Virus record (IMG/VR): IMGVR_UViG_3300017773_000094
Location: 1-28,285 of that record
Reading direction: 5' to 3' (one strand)
Length of the DNA: 28,285 bases
Source of the DNA: a virus
Taxonomy: Duplodnaviria > Caudoviricetes
Numbering within the stretch: position 1 is the first letter of the stretch; every line of letters begins with the position of its first letter. The notes under the pieces were generated by a model. It made no database searches. It had not been told where the DNA came from and saw nothing but the letters and a program-made list of their open reading frames with translations. Positions 15,365 through 24,600 of this stretch are shown in pieces. The position numbers were made by a program, and so were the translations under genes.

Positions 15365-15540
15365 TTCTTGCGGTTTTTAAATTTTTCAACTGCCGTTATA
15401 GCAGAGAGGACGGCGATAATCAAGCCGAGAAAAGTCGAGAGAAGTTGGATGCCCATATCCAGATCTTCTGGTAAAGTAGACATGAAGGCAACGGCAGAGC
15501 CGACGATACCGGATATTGGGTGGGTGATGTGTTGAAACAT
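15361..15540 (-). CDS. Two-TM small membrane protein, putative holin/antiholin (59 aa)
   Basis: Not in the ORF track: MFQHITHPISGIVGSAVAFMSTLPEDLDMGIQLLSTFLGLIIAVLSAITAVEKFKNRKK; basic C-terminal tail. Confidence 0.65.
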   Translation of the reverse strand: MFQHITHPISGIVGSAVAFMSTLPEDLDMGIQLLSTFLGLIIAVLSAITAVEKFKNRKK

Positions 15541-15541
15541 T

Positions 15542-16477
15542 TTACATTATGTTGGGGATGGTAGACCCAGATCCTGATGGATCTAAAGAAACTCGTGGTT
15601 TGGCGGCTCCTCTGGCGGCGTCTAGCTCCTCGTCCAGAAGCTTTTGGCAAATCGTCCAGTGATATTGAGCGCGTTCTAAATCAGCGTTATCCTCTGCTAG
15701 CATCCCTAAAAGGCCGTGTTTAATAGCGTTTAGGTTGCCTAGATAGATTAGGTCGTCTTGAACGAGGACTGGCTCCCACGACCGCTTGAGTAGAAGCTTA
15801 ATGTTCTTTAACTCAGCGGAGGGATTACTAAACCGGAATCGGCGGTAACGGGCTACGCCGTCGCCTTTGACTACGGCTAAAACTATTTCAGAGTTGTCAT
15901 CCTGATTAGAAGCGTATACTTCTACGCTATCGTGGATATCAGAGAACGAAATTTCGTTTACTTTCGTTATAGTAGCAGCAGACCATCCAGCGCCGTAAGC
16001 CCCCAAATCCACATTATTACTTACTTTTGTTCCATCAGATTTTGTACTTTCCACTACAATCTTCCCATCAGAAGGGAGTGACGTAGCGGGAGCAACAGCC
16101 CGAATTACTATTTCATAAACATCTGAATTAGTGGGGGTGCGTAAGTCTTCTTTAGAAGGGTGATAACCGTCGTCAACGACCCCAAAAATAGGCGAAGGAC
16201 CAGCTTTCGCATAGCCCCCGATCCGGTAATCATGCCACTGAGAACGGGCTTCTACCGGAGAATCCTCTAGCATAGCCCCTAAAAGGCTCTCAGAATGCTC
16301 TGGCAACGCGAAATAATCGTTGGTGGTCTCAATAGACCAGTCATAGAGTAGATCCTTCCACATCCCCATCGCGTAGAGGCGGGGCATGACTAGATTCAGC
16401 TTGGCTACAAGGTCTTCGTCAGGCCGGACGTATTCTGATAAGGCTTTAGTTACGGCCTTTACGGTCAAAGCTGGCAT
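15542..16477 (-). CDS. Putative head-tail adaptor / tail tubular protein A-like structural protein
   Basis: Helical N- and C-termini (LN...W.DL; LNAIKHGLL...AQYHW...LLDEEL) around a beta-rich insert starting YFALP, the usual adaptor architecture. Function inferred. Confidence 0.5.
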   Translation of the reverse strand: MPALTVKAVTKALSEYVRPDEDLVAKLNLVMPRLYAMGMWKDLLYDWSIETTNDYFALPEHSESLLGAMLEDSPVEARSQWHDYRIGGYAKAGPSPIFGVVDDGYHPSKEDLRTPTNSDVYEIVIRAVAPATSLPSDGKIVVESTKSDGTKVSNNVDLGAYGAGWSAATITKVNEISFSDIHDSVEVYASNQDDNSEIVLAVVKGDGVARYRRFRFSNPSAELKNIKLLLKRSWEPVLVQDDLIYLGNLNAIKHGLLGMLAEDNADLERAQYHWTICQKLLDEELDAARGAAKPRVSLDPSGSGSTIPNIM

Positions 16478-16483
16478 GCAATA

Positions 16484-16512
16484 ACCTTACAATTAGGCTA
16501 AAGTAAAGTCAA
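16484..16512 (-). promoter_or_regulatory. Putative sigma70 promoter, leaderless transcript for the adaptor-lysis operon
   Basis: Minus strand TTGACT (16512-16507), 17 bp spacer, TAAGGT (16489-16484), 6 nt, then ATG at 16477; lies in a 56-bp intergenic gap. Confidence 0.6.
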
Positions 16513-16533
16513 TCACTGAGAAATAGGCTTATA

Positions 16534-17205
16534 TCACCAAAAATTTATTCCGTGTGTCTTGCCGTTAATATTCGACGAACCAGCTCGCTGGCCTACGACC
16601 CACTCTTTCGGGCAGTAAACTGGCCAATCCTTGCGGCGGTGGGCTAATTCAAGCTGGTGGTCGATGTGCTTGTTCGTGTTACGGTAGTCCGTCGCATATG
16701 ATATATGGCGGTAAAACGACGTGAAAGTAGACTGATTGACGGCGTAGGCATGTGTTCTATTAACAGAATTACCGACAATTACGTTAGGAAACTCAGTAGG
16801 TGTAGGGTCACGGCGGTGTTGACCGCCTAAATATATCTGCCCCCAATCCTCTGGCACTTCTTCCATGAACTCGTTAAGCTTCTCTAAAGAGTCTTCCTTA
16901 AATACCACGTCGTCTTCCAACACTAATACGTTGTCTAAAGACATGTTGTGCCGCTCGTCTCTAGTATGCAGAACATCTTCCAGAATCCTTTGATGGGAAC
17001 GCAAGCAGCCCCACGCACCTCTACCAGATCCCCAGTCAGCGGGACAGGTTGCCCAGTCCCCAATAATAGCAGGATAATAGTGGACCTTGTCGTTGTCCGC
17101 CATTCTAGTCTCTTCAAGATGCTTCTTCGTCTCATCAAGACGATCCGGTCTATGAGCGCAGTTAATGACATAAACGCGGTCAAACCAGTCAGTTAGATTC
17201 TTCAT
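16534..17205 (-). CDS. Glycosyltransferase family 25
   Basis: VYVINCAHRPDRL, GAWGCLRSH, VLVLEDDV, DWGQIYLG, THAYAVN, HIDH: full GT25 motif series. Confidence 0.9.
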   Translation of the reverse strand: MKNLTDWFDRVYVINCAHRPDRLDETKKHLEETRMADNDKVHYYPAIIGDWATCPADWGSGRGAWGCLRSHQRILEDVLHTRDERHNMSLDNVLVLEDDVVFKEDSLEKLNEFMEEVPEDWGQIYLGGQHRRDPTPTEFPNVIVGNSVNRTHAYAVNQSTFTSFYRHISYATDYRNTNKHIDHQLELAHRRKDWPVYCPKEWVVGQRAGSSNINGKTHGINFW

Positions 17206-17663
17206 GGGTTTCCATCTCCTTCAGATACTGAGGATGAACTTTTTGATGATCCTGAAGAGCTAGAGCTAGAGCTAGAGCTAGAAGAGCTAGAGCTAGAAGA
17301 GCTAGAGCTAGAAGAGCTAGAGCTAGAAGAGCTAGAGCTAGAAGAGCTAGAGCTAGAAGGACTGCAAGGGGAATCATGGACCGTAACCTCTATGGTTACA
17401 GTAGATGAAGAAGACGAAGACGAAGAAGAATTACTGCTCGTATAGGTTCCCGAAGCATCATCTACACCGGAACCCCCCTCCCACTGCTGGAAAAACACAT
17501 CCAGTATTATCCATTCTGAACTACCATCCCAATAAAGGGTGTAGGACGCAGCAGCAGTATAGTATTGAACGCTGTCGTCCCAATACAAGTCAATGGGGTC
17601 TCCGCTCACCCCATCGTCAGTGACGACGAGTCTCGCCCTACACTTTCCATTTGGTGCAGCCAT
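17202..17663 (-). CDS. Poly-serine protein (153 aa; Ser9 and Ser35 tracts)
   Basis: Aromatic-rich N-terminal domain (LYWD twice) followed by Ser tracts; ATGA overlap with GT25. Confidence 0.8.
   Translation of the reverse strand: MAAPNGKCRARLVVTDDGVSGDPIDLYWDDSVQYYTAAASYTLYWDGSSEWIILDVFFQQWEGGSGVDDASGTYTSSNSSSSSSSSSTVTIEVTVHDSPCSPSSSSSSSSSSSSSSSSSSSSSSSSSSSSSSSSSSSGSSKSSSSVSEGDGNP
17253..17357. repeat. Tandem repeat encoding 35 consecutive Ser
   Basis: (GAGCTA)4 at 17257-17280, then 15-mer GAAGAGCTAGAGCTA x5 at 17281-17355. Confidence 0.95.
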
Positions 17664-18695
17664 TTATTCTCTAGGGTAAGCTGAGTTAATAAACTTCTCG
17701 TTAGCGATGAACTGCTCTTTACTACGCTCAGGCATGTCAAACCCTCTAAATCCTTTACGGGTTCCAGTAAGTTTCAAAGTTACTTTGGAGGGCCGTAAAA
17801 AAGATAAAGGCCATGCTGAAAGAATCACGTTGTTCTTCTCGACCACTGCACCGACTGATCCGGCTCTGTCGCCGGATATTCCTGTAACAGTCATAGAGTC
17901 CGGCTCACACACCGCTAAGAACCTGTCGTCGATTCGGGTTACTGTATTGGCTCCTTCTAATGGTATGTCTCTCATCACAAATTCAAAGAGAACCTCATTA
18001 GACTCCATCGTGAACAGCGCACCGTATCCTTTGTCATGCCAGTCCATAGGCACAATAGCGGTAGATTTGTCAGAGCCAGACGAAGAAGATGAAGATGAAG
18101 ATGAAGAAGTAGAAGAATCTTCTTGTATGGCGAAAGCTGTCAGCCAATAGACATCAGTCGAAATGTTTTGATCTAGTGTCGATATAGACGTAGCATTCTC
18201 GCCAGCAGCTACGTTACCTAATTTAACAAAAAATTTACCTCCGTCGTCATTAGGTAGAGCTTGTGCTGTCGGGGCATTCGGACCTCTAAGCTCACAAAAA
18301 TTAACTACCCCTGCGGAAGTAGTCTCCCAATACAAGTAAACGTCTCCTCGCCAACCTAACTCATAAAATCTATAGCGATTCTCGTCTAACCCCTCCATCT
18401 GAGTTGGAAGAATGACTTGCGGGTTTGCTAACCCCGTTTGAGACACTAAACCATCAGTGTTAAAAACCATTCGGTTGATCTGATGGACCAGAACACCGAA
18501 GTAGATATGGATCTTGTCGTCAGGAGCAGGCCGTAAGGCAAACGGAAACGGCTTATAGGCTGGATCTTCTTGACTAACATCTCCTGATGAGGCGTCGTAA
18601 TCGTCACTATACTCCATCGTAAAGTCACGCGGACCTTCAGGCGAACTCTCTAACGGTATTGGTAGAGGAATATCAGAACTGTCTTCGGGCTTCAT
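17664..18695 (-). CDS. Putative tail-associated two-domain protein with a Ser-rich linker (343 aa)
   Basis: Start re-called at ATG 18695 (ATGA overlap with the upstream stop). SSTSSSSSSSSSS linker, then KSTAIVP...GALFTMESNEVLFE, reminiscent of C-terminal domains of tail spike proteins. Confidence 0.6.
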   Translation of the reverse strand: MKPEDSSDIPLPIPLESSPEGPRDFTMEYSDDYDASSGDVSQEDPAYKPFPFALRPAPDDKIHIYFGVLVHQINRMVFNTDGLVSQTGLANPQVILPTQMEGLDENRYRFYELGWRGDVYLYWETTSAGVVNFCELRGPNAPTAQALPNDDGGKFFVKLGNVAAGENATSISTLDQNISTDVYWLTAFAIQEDSSTSSSSSSSSSSGSDKSTAIVPMDWHDKGYGALFTMESNEVLFEFVMRDIPLEGANTVTRIDDRFLAVCEPDSMTVTGISGDRAGSVGAVVEKNNVILSAWPLSFLRPSKVTLKLTGTRKGFRGFDMPERSKEQFIANEKFINSAYPRE

Positions 18696-20977
18696 GATGG
18701 AGGATAAACAGTTACTGTCTCCATGAGCCAACCACCCCTAAATGGTTTAACTTCTGAAGATACGATGTGCGGCTTCCATGTCGTTACGTTAGTTGCGTTC
18801 TTGCTGTAAATCGCATTCGTAGGTTTCCACGTTTCATCATTATTCCCAACACTCACTGTAAAATTCAATGGTGGGTGGAGGGTAGGAGGTATCGACAAAG
18901 TAAACAGTGGGTTCTGTATAGAAATCGGCTCTGGTGCAGGTTTCTCACCTGCCTCTAAACCAACTGGTTGAGTCGTAGACCAACTAATATCAACTACTGC
19001 TTTACATGGACCTCTGAAGGAGCCTTTTGAGTAGAGAACTCTAGGATAGGTTCTAGCGCCACCAGACCTCAAGTTCCATACATCAAACTGAACGTCTTGT
19101 AAAATGGGTGGGAAAGCGTAGTTAACTACGGTCTCGTAACGAAGGCGAGCGCATGCATTAGGCGCGTAAGTCGATGTCTCATCGTCAGGGCGGTAATTAA
19201 TAAAGTTGTAAGTTAGATCTATAGGGTCAATTTGATACCCTTTTACAAAATAGTCTGGTATACTGTCACTGGAATCTGCGGGGCGCGTGCTTTGAGTCGC
19301 ATGTCCAACATCCAGATCCGAAATCATTCGGTTTATGTCATTATAATTTCTAGGCGCACTTACGAATCCTCCTTCTCCTCCTCCTTCTACACTAGAGAGA
19401 CCTATTAAGACACACTCTCCATTAATTACAGCCACTATCGGACTACCCGAATCGTTATTTACTAAAGCTTCATACCACGACGAATATGTGCTACTAGGTG
19501 ACCCCCCAAAAAACTTACCATAATTAGCAGAGTGATCCGCATCAGATGGCGTGTCATAGGCGTCAGGAGTTGGGTCAACGAAGTGTTTAAATTGAAGAAA
19601 CGTGAGTTTTCTTACAAGGGCTTTTTCTTCTTGGTCCGTCCCAAACACTAAAAACTCATTACTGCTACCAGCGTCCCATGTAGTGTTTGTAGTTGAAGGG
19701 AAATAACTAGAATCAAAATACTGATACGCATTGATCGGTAAAACTTTTACTGGTTCGATAGACGCAGGTAGCTCTTGGTCTAATAGCGCAATTCCAAAAT
19801 CTCCGTCATCATGGGAGGCTTGACCTGTTTCGGCGTTGGGATGGACTTTTACAGCTACAATAGTTCGCTCAATTAAAACATCATGCTTAGTAACAAAATA
19901 AACTTTATTGCCTACAACATACGGGGCGTGTTCCGTGTAAAGAACATGTCGTTTAGTAACGGCTACGCCCCCCATCATTTTCTCTTGACCGACTCTATTA
20001 TTCCACGCAACAAAACCTGTCAGACCTTTTAAACCATGCGCCCAACAATTTGTATTCCTTTGAAGGTTAGATTGAACAGTGTAGGGGTTAAAAATATTTT
20101 GAGCGGTTGAGGGACTCTTTCCAGATAATCTATTACTGACCTCTGCGCTCATGTGAGTCTGGAGACTCACCCTAGAATCATTACCAGAAGTAGGACACTT
20201 AACAACCTCCTGCTCAGTAACGGCATACCAGTTGTCTGATAACTGCTGAACAGTGCGGATCGTGCCGGAATTCATGCCCCAGTAGGGTGTATTGTTAGCT
20301 GGTGAGCCAACGTAGGCATTATCTGGATTATCTTCTAATTGCGCGATTGTTGGGTTTTGTATCGTATTCCCACCTATTACCACAGTAGCTCCAGATACGG
20401 CCTCGCCTCCATAATAAAGTATCTGTTTAGTCTCGTTCGTCGTCTTGAAGAACTCATCAAAGTCTAGACGGGACAACGGAACTTTCTTCACATAGACGCG
20501 CTGCTCAACGACATACAGGCCGTTTAGAATCTTGTCGTTTAGAGGAATCTGTTTACGCTCCGCCAGAACATGTGTGCCACTGAACTTGCCTGTTGGAGTA
20601 TCAGGCATCGCCGCCCCCATTGCAGGAACGGTAGAGCTAAACTCGCTACGACGGATTACGTAATCACGAGAAACAGCATCGAACTTAGTGCCGCCGATAT
20701 CAGCCTCACTGTAAGACCAGTTGTCGTTGTCCTGCTCTAGCTGGTCAGCCGCGTAGTAGTAACGGTAGTAACGGTTTTGTCTTTGATCATCCGCCGCTTC
20801 AACGTGAACCAGTCGGTGGTTTGGCCACTTTTTGTAGTCGGGGTGGCTAGACCCGTATTCAGGAACATCAAGCCCAACCCTCTCCGCATCAACGGTTTCA
20901 AAAAAGAGGATGTCGTTAACATTCGGTGTAGGGAATGTAACGACTGACTGTCGTTGCGGGGAGGGATTAAGGGCCAT
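18692..20977 (-). CDS. Putative tail/structural protein with embedded trypsin-like serine protease domain
   Basis: GGVAVTKRHVLYTEH (H350), DGDFGIALLD (D393), NNDSGSPIV...VLIGLSS (S510). Confidence 0.7.
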   Translation of the reverse strand: MALNPSPQRQSVVTFPTPNVNDILFFETVDAERVGLDVPEYGSSHPDYKKWPNHRLVHVEAADDQRQNRYYRYYYAADQLEQDNDNWSYSEADIGGTKFDAVSRDYVIRRSEFSSTVPAMGAAMPDTPTGKFSGTHVLAERKQIPLNDKILNGLYVVEQRVYVKKVPLSRLDFDEFFKTTNETKQILYYGGEAVSGATVVIGGNTIQNPTIAQLEDNPDNAYVGSPANNTPYWGMNSGTIRTVQQLSDNWYAVTEQEVVKCPTSGNDSRVSLQTHMSAEVSNRLSGKSPSTAQNIFNPYTVQSNLQRNTNCWAHGLKGLTGFVAWNNRVGQEKMMGGVAVTKRHVLYTEHAPYVVGNKVYFVTKHDVLIERTIVAVKVHPNAETGQASHDDGDFGIALLDQELPASIEPVKVLPINAYQYFDSSYFPSTTNTTWDAGSSNEFLVFGTDQEEKALVRKLTFLQFKHFVDPTPDAYDTPSDADHSANYGKFFGGSPSSTYSSWYEALVNNDSGSPIVAVINGECVLIGLSSVEGGGEGGFVSAPRNYNDINRMISDLDVGHATQSTRPADSSDSIPDYFVKGYQIDPIDLTYNFINYRPDDETSTYAPNACARLRYETVVNYAFPPILQDVQFDVWNLRSGGARTYPRVLYSKGSFRGPCKAVVDISWSTTQPVGLEAGEKPAPEPISIQNPLFTLSIPPTLHPPLNFTVSVGNNDETWKPTNAIYSKNATNVTTWKPHIVSSEVKPFRGGWLMETVTVYPPS

Positions 20978-20991
20978 GATGTGATTAGGTT

Positions 20992-21209
20992 TTAGGCTTC
21001 TCCGCCTTCACCCTCACCTTCTTCAGCAGCAGCTTCTTCTTGCAGAGAGGCTCCAGCTTCTTGGAGCTTCTTTGTCAAATGAACAGCGGCTTCAGCTACT
21101 TGAAGACCTGCGGCTTTCGTCGCGAGGTCGATCAACTTGATGAGGGCGTTAGCTTCGTTAGCGTTTAATGTAAGTTCAATATTTTCGTCCATACGGACGG
21201 AGGTTTGCA

Positions 21210-21210
<1 letters not shown>
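20992..21210 (-). CDS. Small helical protein downstream of fibres (possible fibre accessory/chaperone); start may be 21192
   Basis: IELTLNANEANALIKLIDLATKAAGLQVAEAAVHLTKKL with an acidic tail; TAATG coupling. Confidence 0.6.
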
Positions 21211-21647
<437 letters not shown>

Positions 21648-21677
21648 AGTTTTGTTTGGTTTGGTTAAAAAAATTGT

Positions 21678-24600
21678 TTAGCCCACTCTCCAGTTGGTTC
21701 CGTCAGAATACATAGGGCAGAAGTTAGATCCTGACCCGACAGTAACTAATCCGTGGGCCTGAGTAAGGCTGTAGGAGGAGTCACTCACGAATGCACGTTG
21801 ACCCGCCGGAGACGCTGACGGCAGTGTAGATACGGTATAGACTTTGTGGGCAATGGTCCCTTCAACGGCTAATTTGGTCGCCGGAGTAGCGTTACCTACC
21901 CCAACGTTGCCGTCGTTCCGTATCACCATATGTTTTATGAAAGAGCCGGAACCGTTTCGTGTTTCAAAATTAAAGGCGTTAGTAGTAGAAGGGGTGGCGT
22001 CTTCAAATCTAATTCTTTGCCAGTAACTGCCGTCAAGACTACCAATATAGCCGCCGTTTATTAACTCTATATTACCTTCAACGTGGAGTTTTTCAGTAGG
22101 ACTTGTTGTTCCTATACCTACGTTGCCGCCATTTAAATAAGAATTACCATTAGTATTTAAGTGAATTTTAGCTGTATTGCTAGTATTATAAGCAAGGTAG
22201 TTCGCATTCCCGCTACTATCATTATATAGTATATGTAATCTGTTTGTATTGTTATTAGCGTTAGCTTTACCTATTATAACACCTTGACCTGCACTTATGA
22301 AAAATGCATGTTCACCCTGCCAATCATTTTGAGCTTGTGTTCCGTGTCCACTAATAAAAATATCCCGTGTTGCAGTAGAGTAGACTTGGAGTTTAGCTGC
22401 TGGACTCGTTGTTCCTATACCAACTTTACCTGTAGATAATACCGTTAGTAAACCTGCTTCTTCCACTTGGAAGACAGCGTTTCCTGCAACGGGTGTTGTG
22501 CTAGGAATACCTATTGAGAATGGGTGATACCTTACACCCGCTCTTCCTCCATCAAAAATGAAGAAAGTTTCATTATTAGACGCATCAGTTGTCTTAAAGG
22601 TCAGACCTGATGAGCCGCCATCTCCTTTTAAATGTAATTTAGCCGTTGGGGAGCCTTGTCCTATACCAACGTTGCCGCCATCTAAAATAGTCAACCTTTG
22701 TAAAGCTGTGGATGCTGTGCCACTACTCGCAGGGCCAGTCCATAGCTGTAATTGTCCTGCGACGAATCTAATATATGATTGCCCTAGTTCTGTGACATAC
22801 CTACCGTAGTAGGGGCTTCCATTTATATTACTCCCGATACCACTACCATTGTATGTTACTCCCGGTTCAGATGCCCACATATCAATGTAGGCGTTACGGT
22901 CATTTTGAGATCCCGCATAGAACAGTCTCATCCGAGTAGTGCTATGCCCTCCGTTTATTTGGAGCAACCTGTTAGGATTTGTTGTTCCTATACCTAAACC
23001 ATTAGTATCCAGAGTCATTGACTCTGTATTATTAACAAAGAATTCCAGATGGCCGTCAGACTGTTCTATTCTTTCGTGAGAGTTGTCCCACTGGAGAGAA
23101 TAACCTGCATCGAGTCTTATATGACCAGCACCTACGTCGAGCTTTTGTGCAGGACTAGTTTTATCTATACCAACGTTGCCAGCGTTGGTAATTTTCATTC
23201 TTGTCGCATTATTAGTTTTTAACAAGAGACCGTAGTAAGCTGAATTACCGAATGAACTCTCGTTAGAGGACTCATTAATTATAGTATAATTACCAGCTTT
23301 GAATCCAGAAGATGCTTTAGCATAACCTGTAAGCTCTAACTTCTCGCTTGGACTTGTCGTTCCTATACCAACGTTACCGTTAGCAAGAATACGCATTCTT
23401 TCAGAACTACTAGTTTGAAATGCTAAATCTCCAAAACTTGAAGAGCCTTGATAACTTGCTTTTATTGTAGCAACTGTACTCGCTGTAGTTAATTCTAAAA
23501 TTTGTCTTGCTGTTCCTGTGTTACCACTTACTGATATGCTACCACCCGCTACCGTTAACAATTGTTCAGGTGAAGTAATTCCGATACCAACGTTGCCACT
23601 CGAAGCGATACGCATTTTTTCAGAACCACCTGACTGAAATAGCATAATACCTGTATTTCTAGCATTTAACGTCAGTGAACTACTACTAGATTTAATAGTG
23701 CCGTGTATTGATGAACCTGAATTAATATTTAAATCTCCTGCAACATTTACACCACCTGTAAAACTTGAAGCTCCTGATCCTGAGCATTGTATAACTCCTC
23801 CAACAGAGACCGTTCCTGTATTAGGATTCAATGCGAGATTCGTTCCAGAGGGGGTCAATATTTGACCTCCACCAACAGTCACGTTACCTGCGTTAATTGT
23901 AACGTTACCGCTGCCATCAATTACCATTCTCTCCCCCCAAGACGTTCCATAAGTTAGGAACGCTAACTTATTAATCCCTGCTACCATTCCATTACCATTA
24001 TTGGTATTGTTATGACCGAGGAAAACTCCTACGTTAGATGAACCTTTAAAGCTAGAGTTAATATAATAACCAGTGCTTGCTAATTGAGAGCCTGTCCCTA
24101 TAACTTCTAACTTTGCAGTAGGATGAGTTGTTCCTATACCAACGTTACCTGCTAGAGCGGTGCTGCCTTTAATAAATATGCCACTTGTTCCCCCAGCATA
24201 CCCTAAGTTTAAATCGGTATTGCCATAAACAAGACTTGTAATTACATTACCTGCAAAGGTTGCATTACCACCCGCTGACATATCAAGGGTAAGAGCTGTG
24301 AAGGAAGAACCCCCATCATTACCTTTAAATTTTATGTCTTTGTCAGAAGCTCCGTTTGTTATGTTTAAGTCGCCATTACCGCTAATAACATTCCCGTTAC
24401 TACCATCGTGTAAAAACCTCAAACCACTAGTACCAGACATATAAATATTTTTGCCTGTCCCTAAGTTTATATCACCTGTAAAAGTCGATGATGTTGAATT
24501 AAATTTTAGAGTGCCGCTATTTTGTGATCTTATTTCAAACACCCTACCAGAAACGGTTGTTCTAAAAGTCGCTGCGTTATTACCATCGTTGCACATTAAA

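Noticed and set aside
17189-17377. ORF with (LA)n hydrophobic run resembling a membrane protein
   Set aside because: Alternate-frame reading of the poly-Ser repeat inside 17202..17663.
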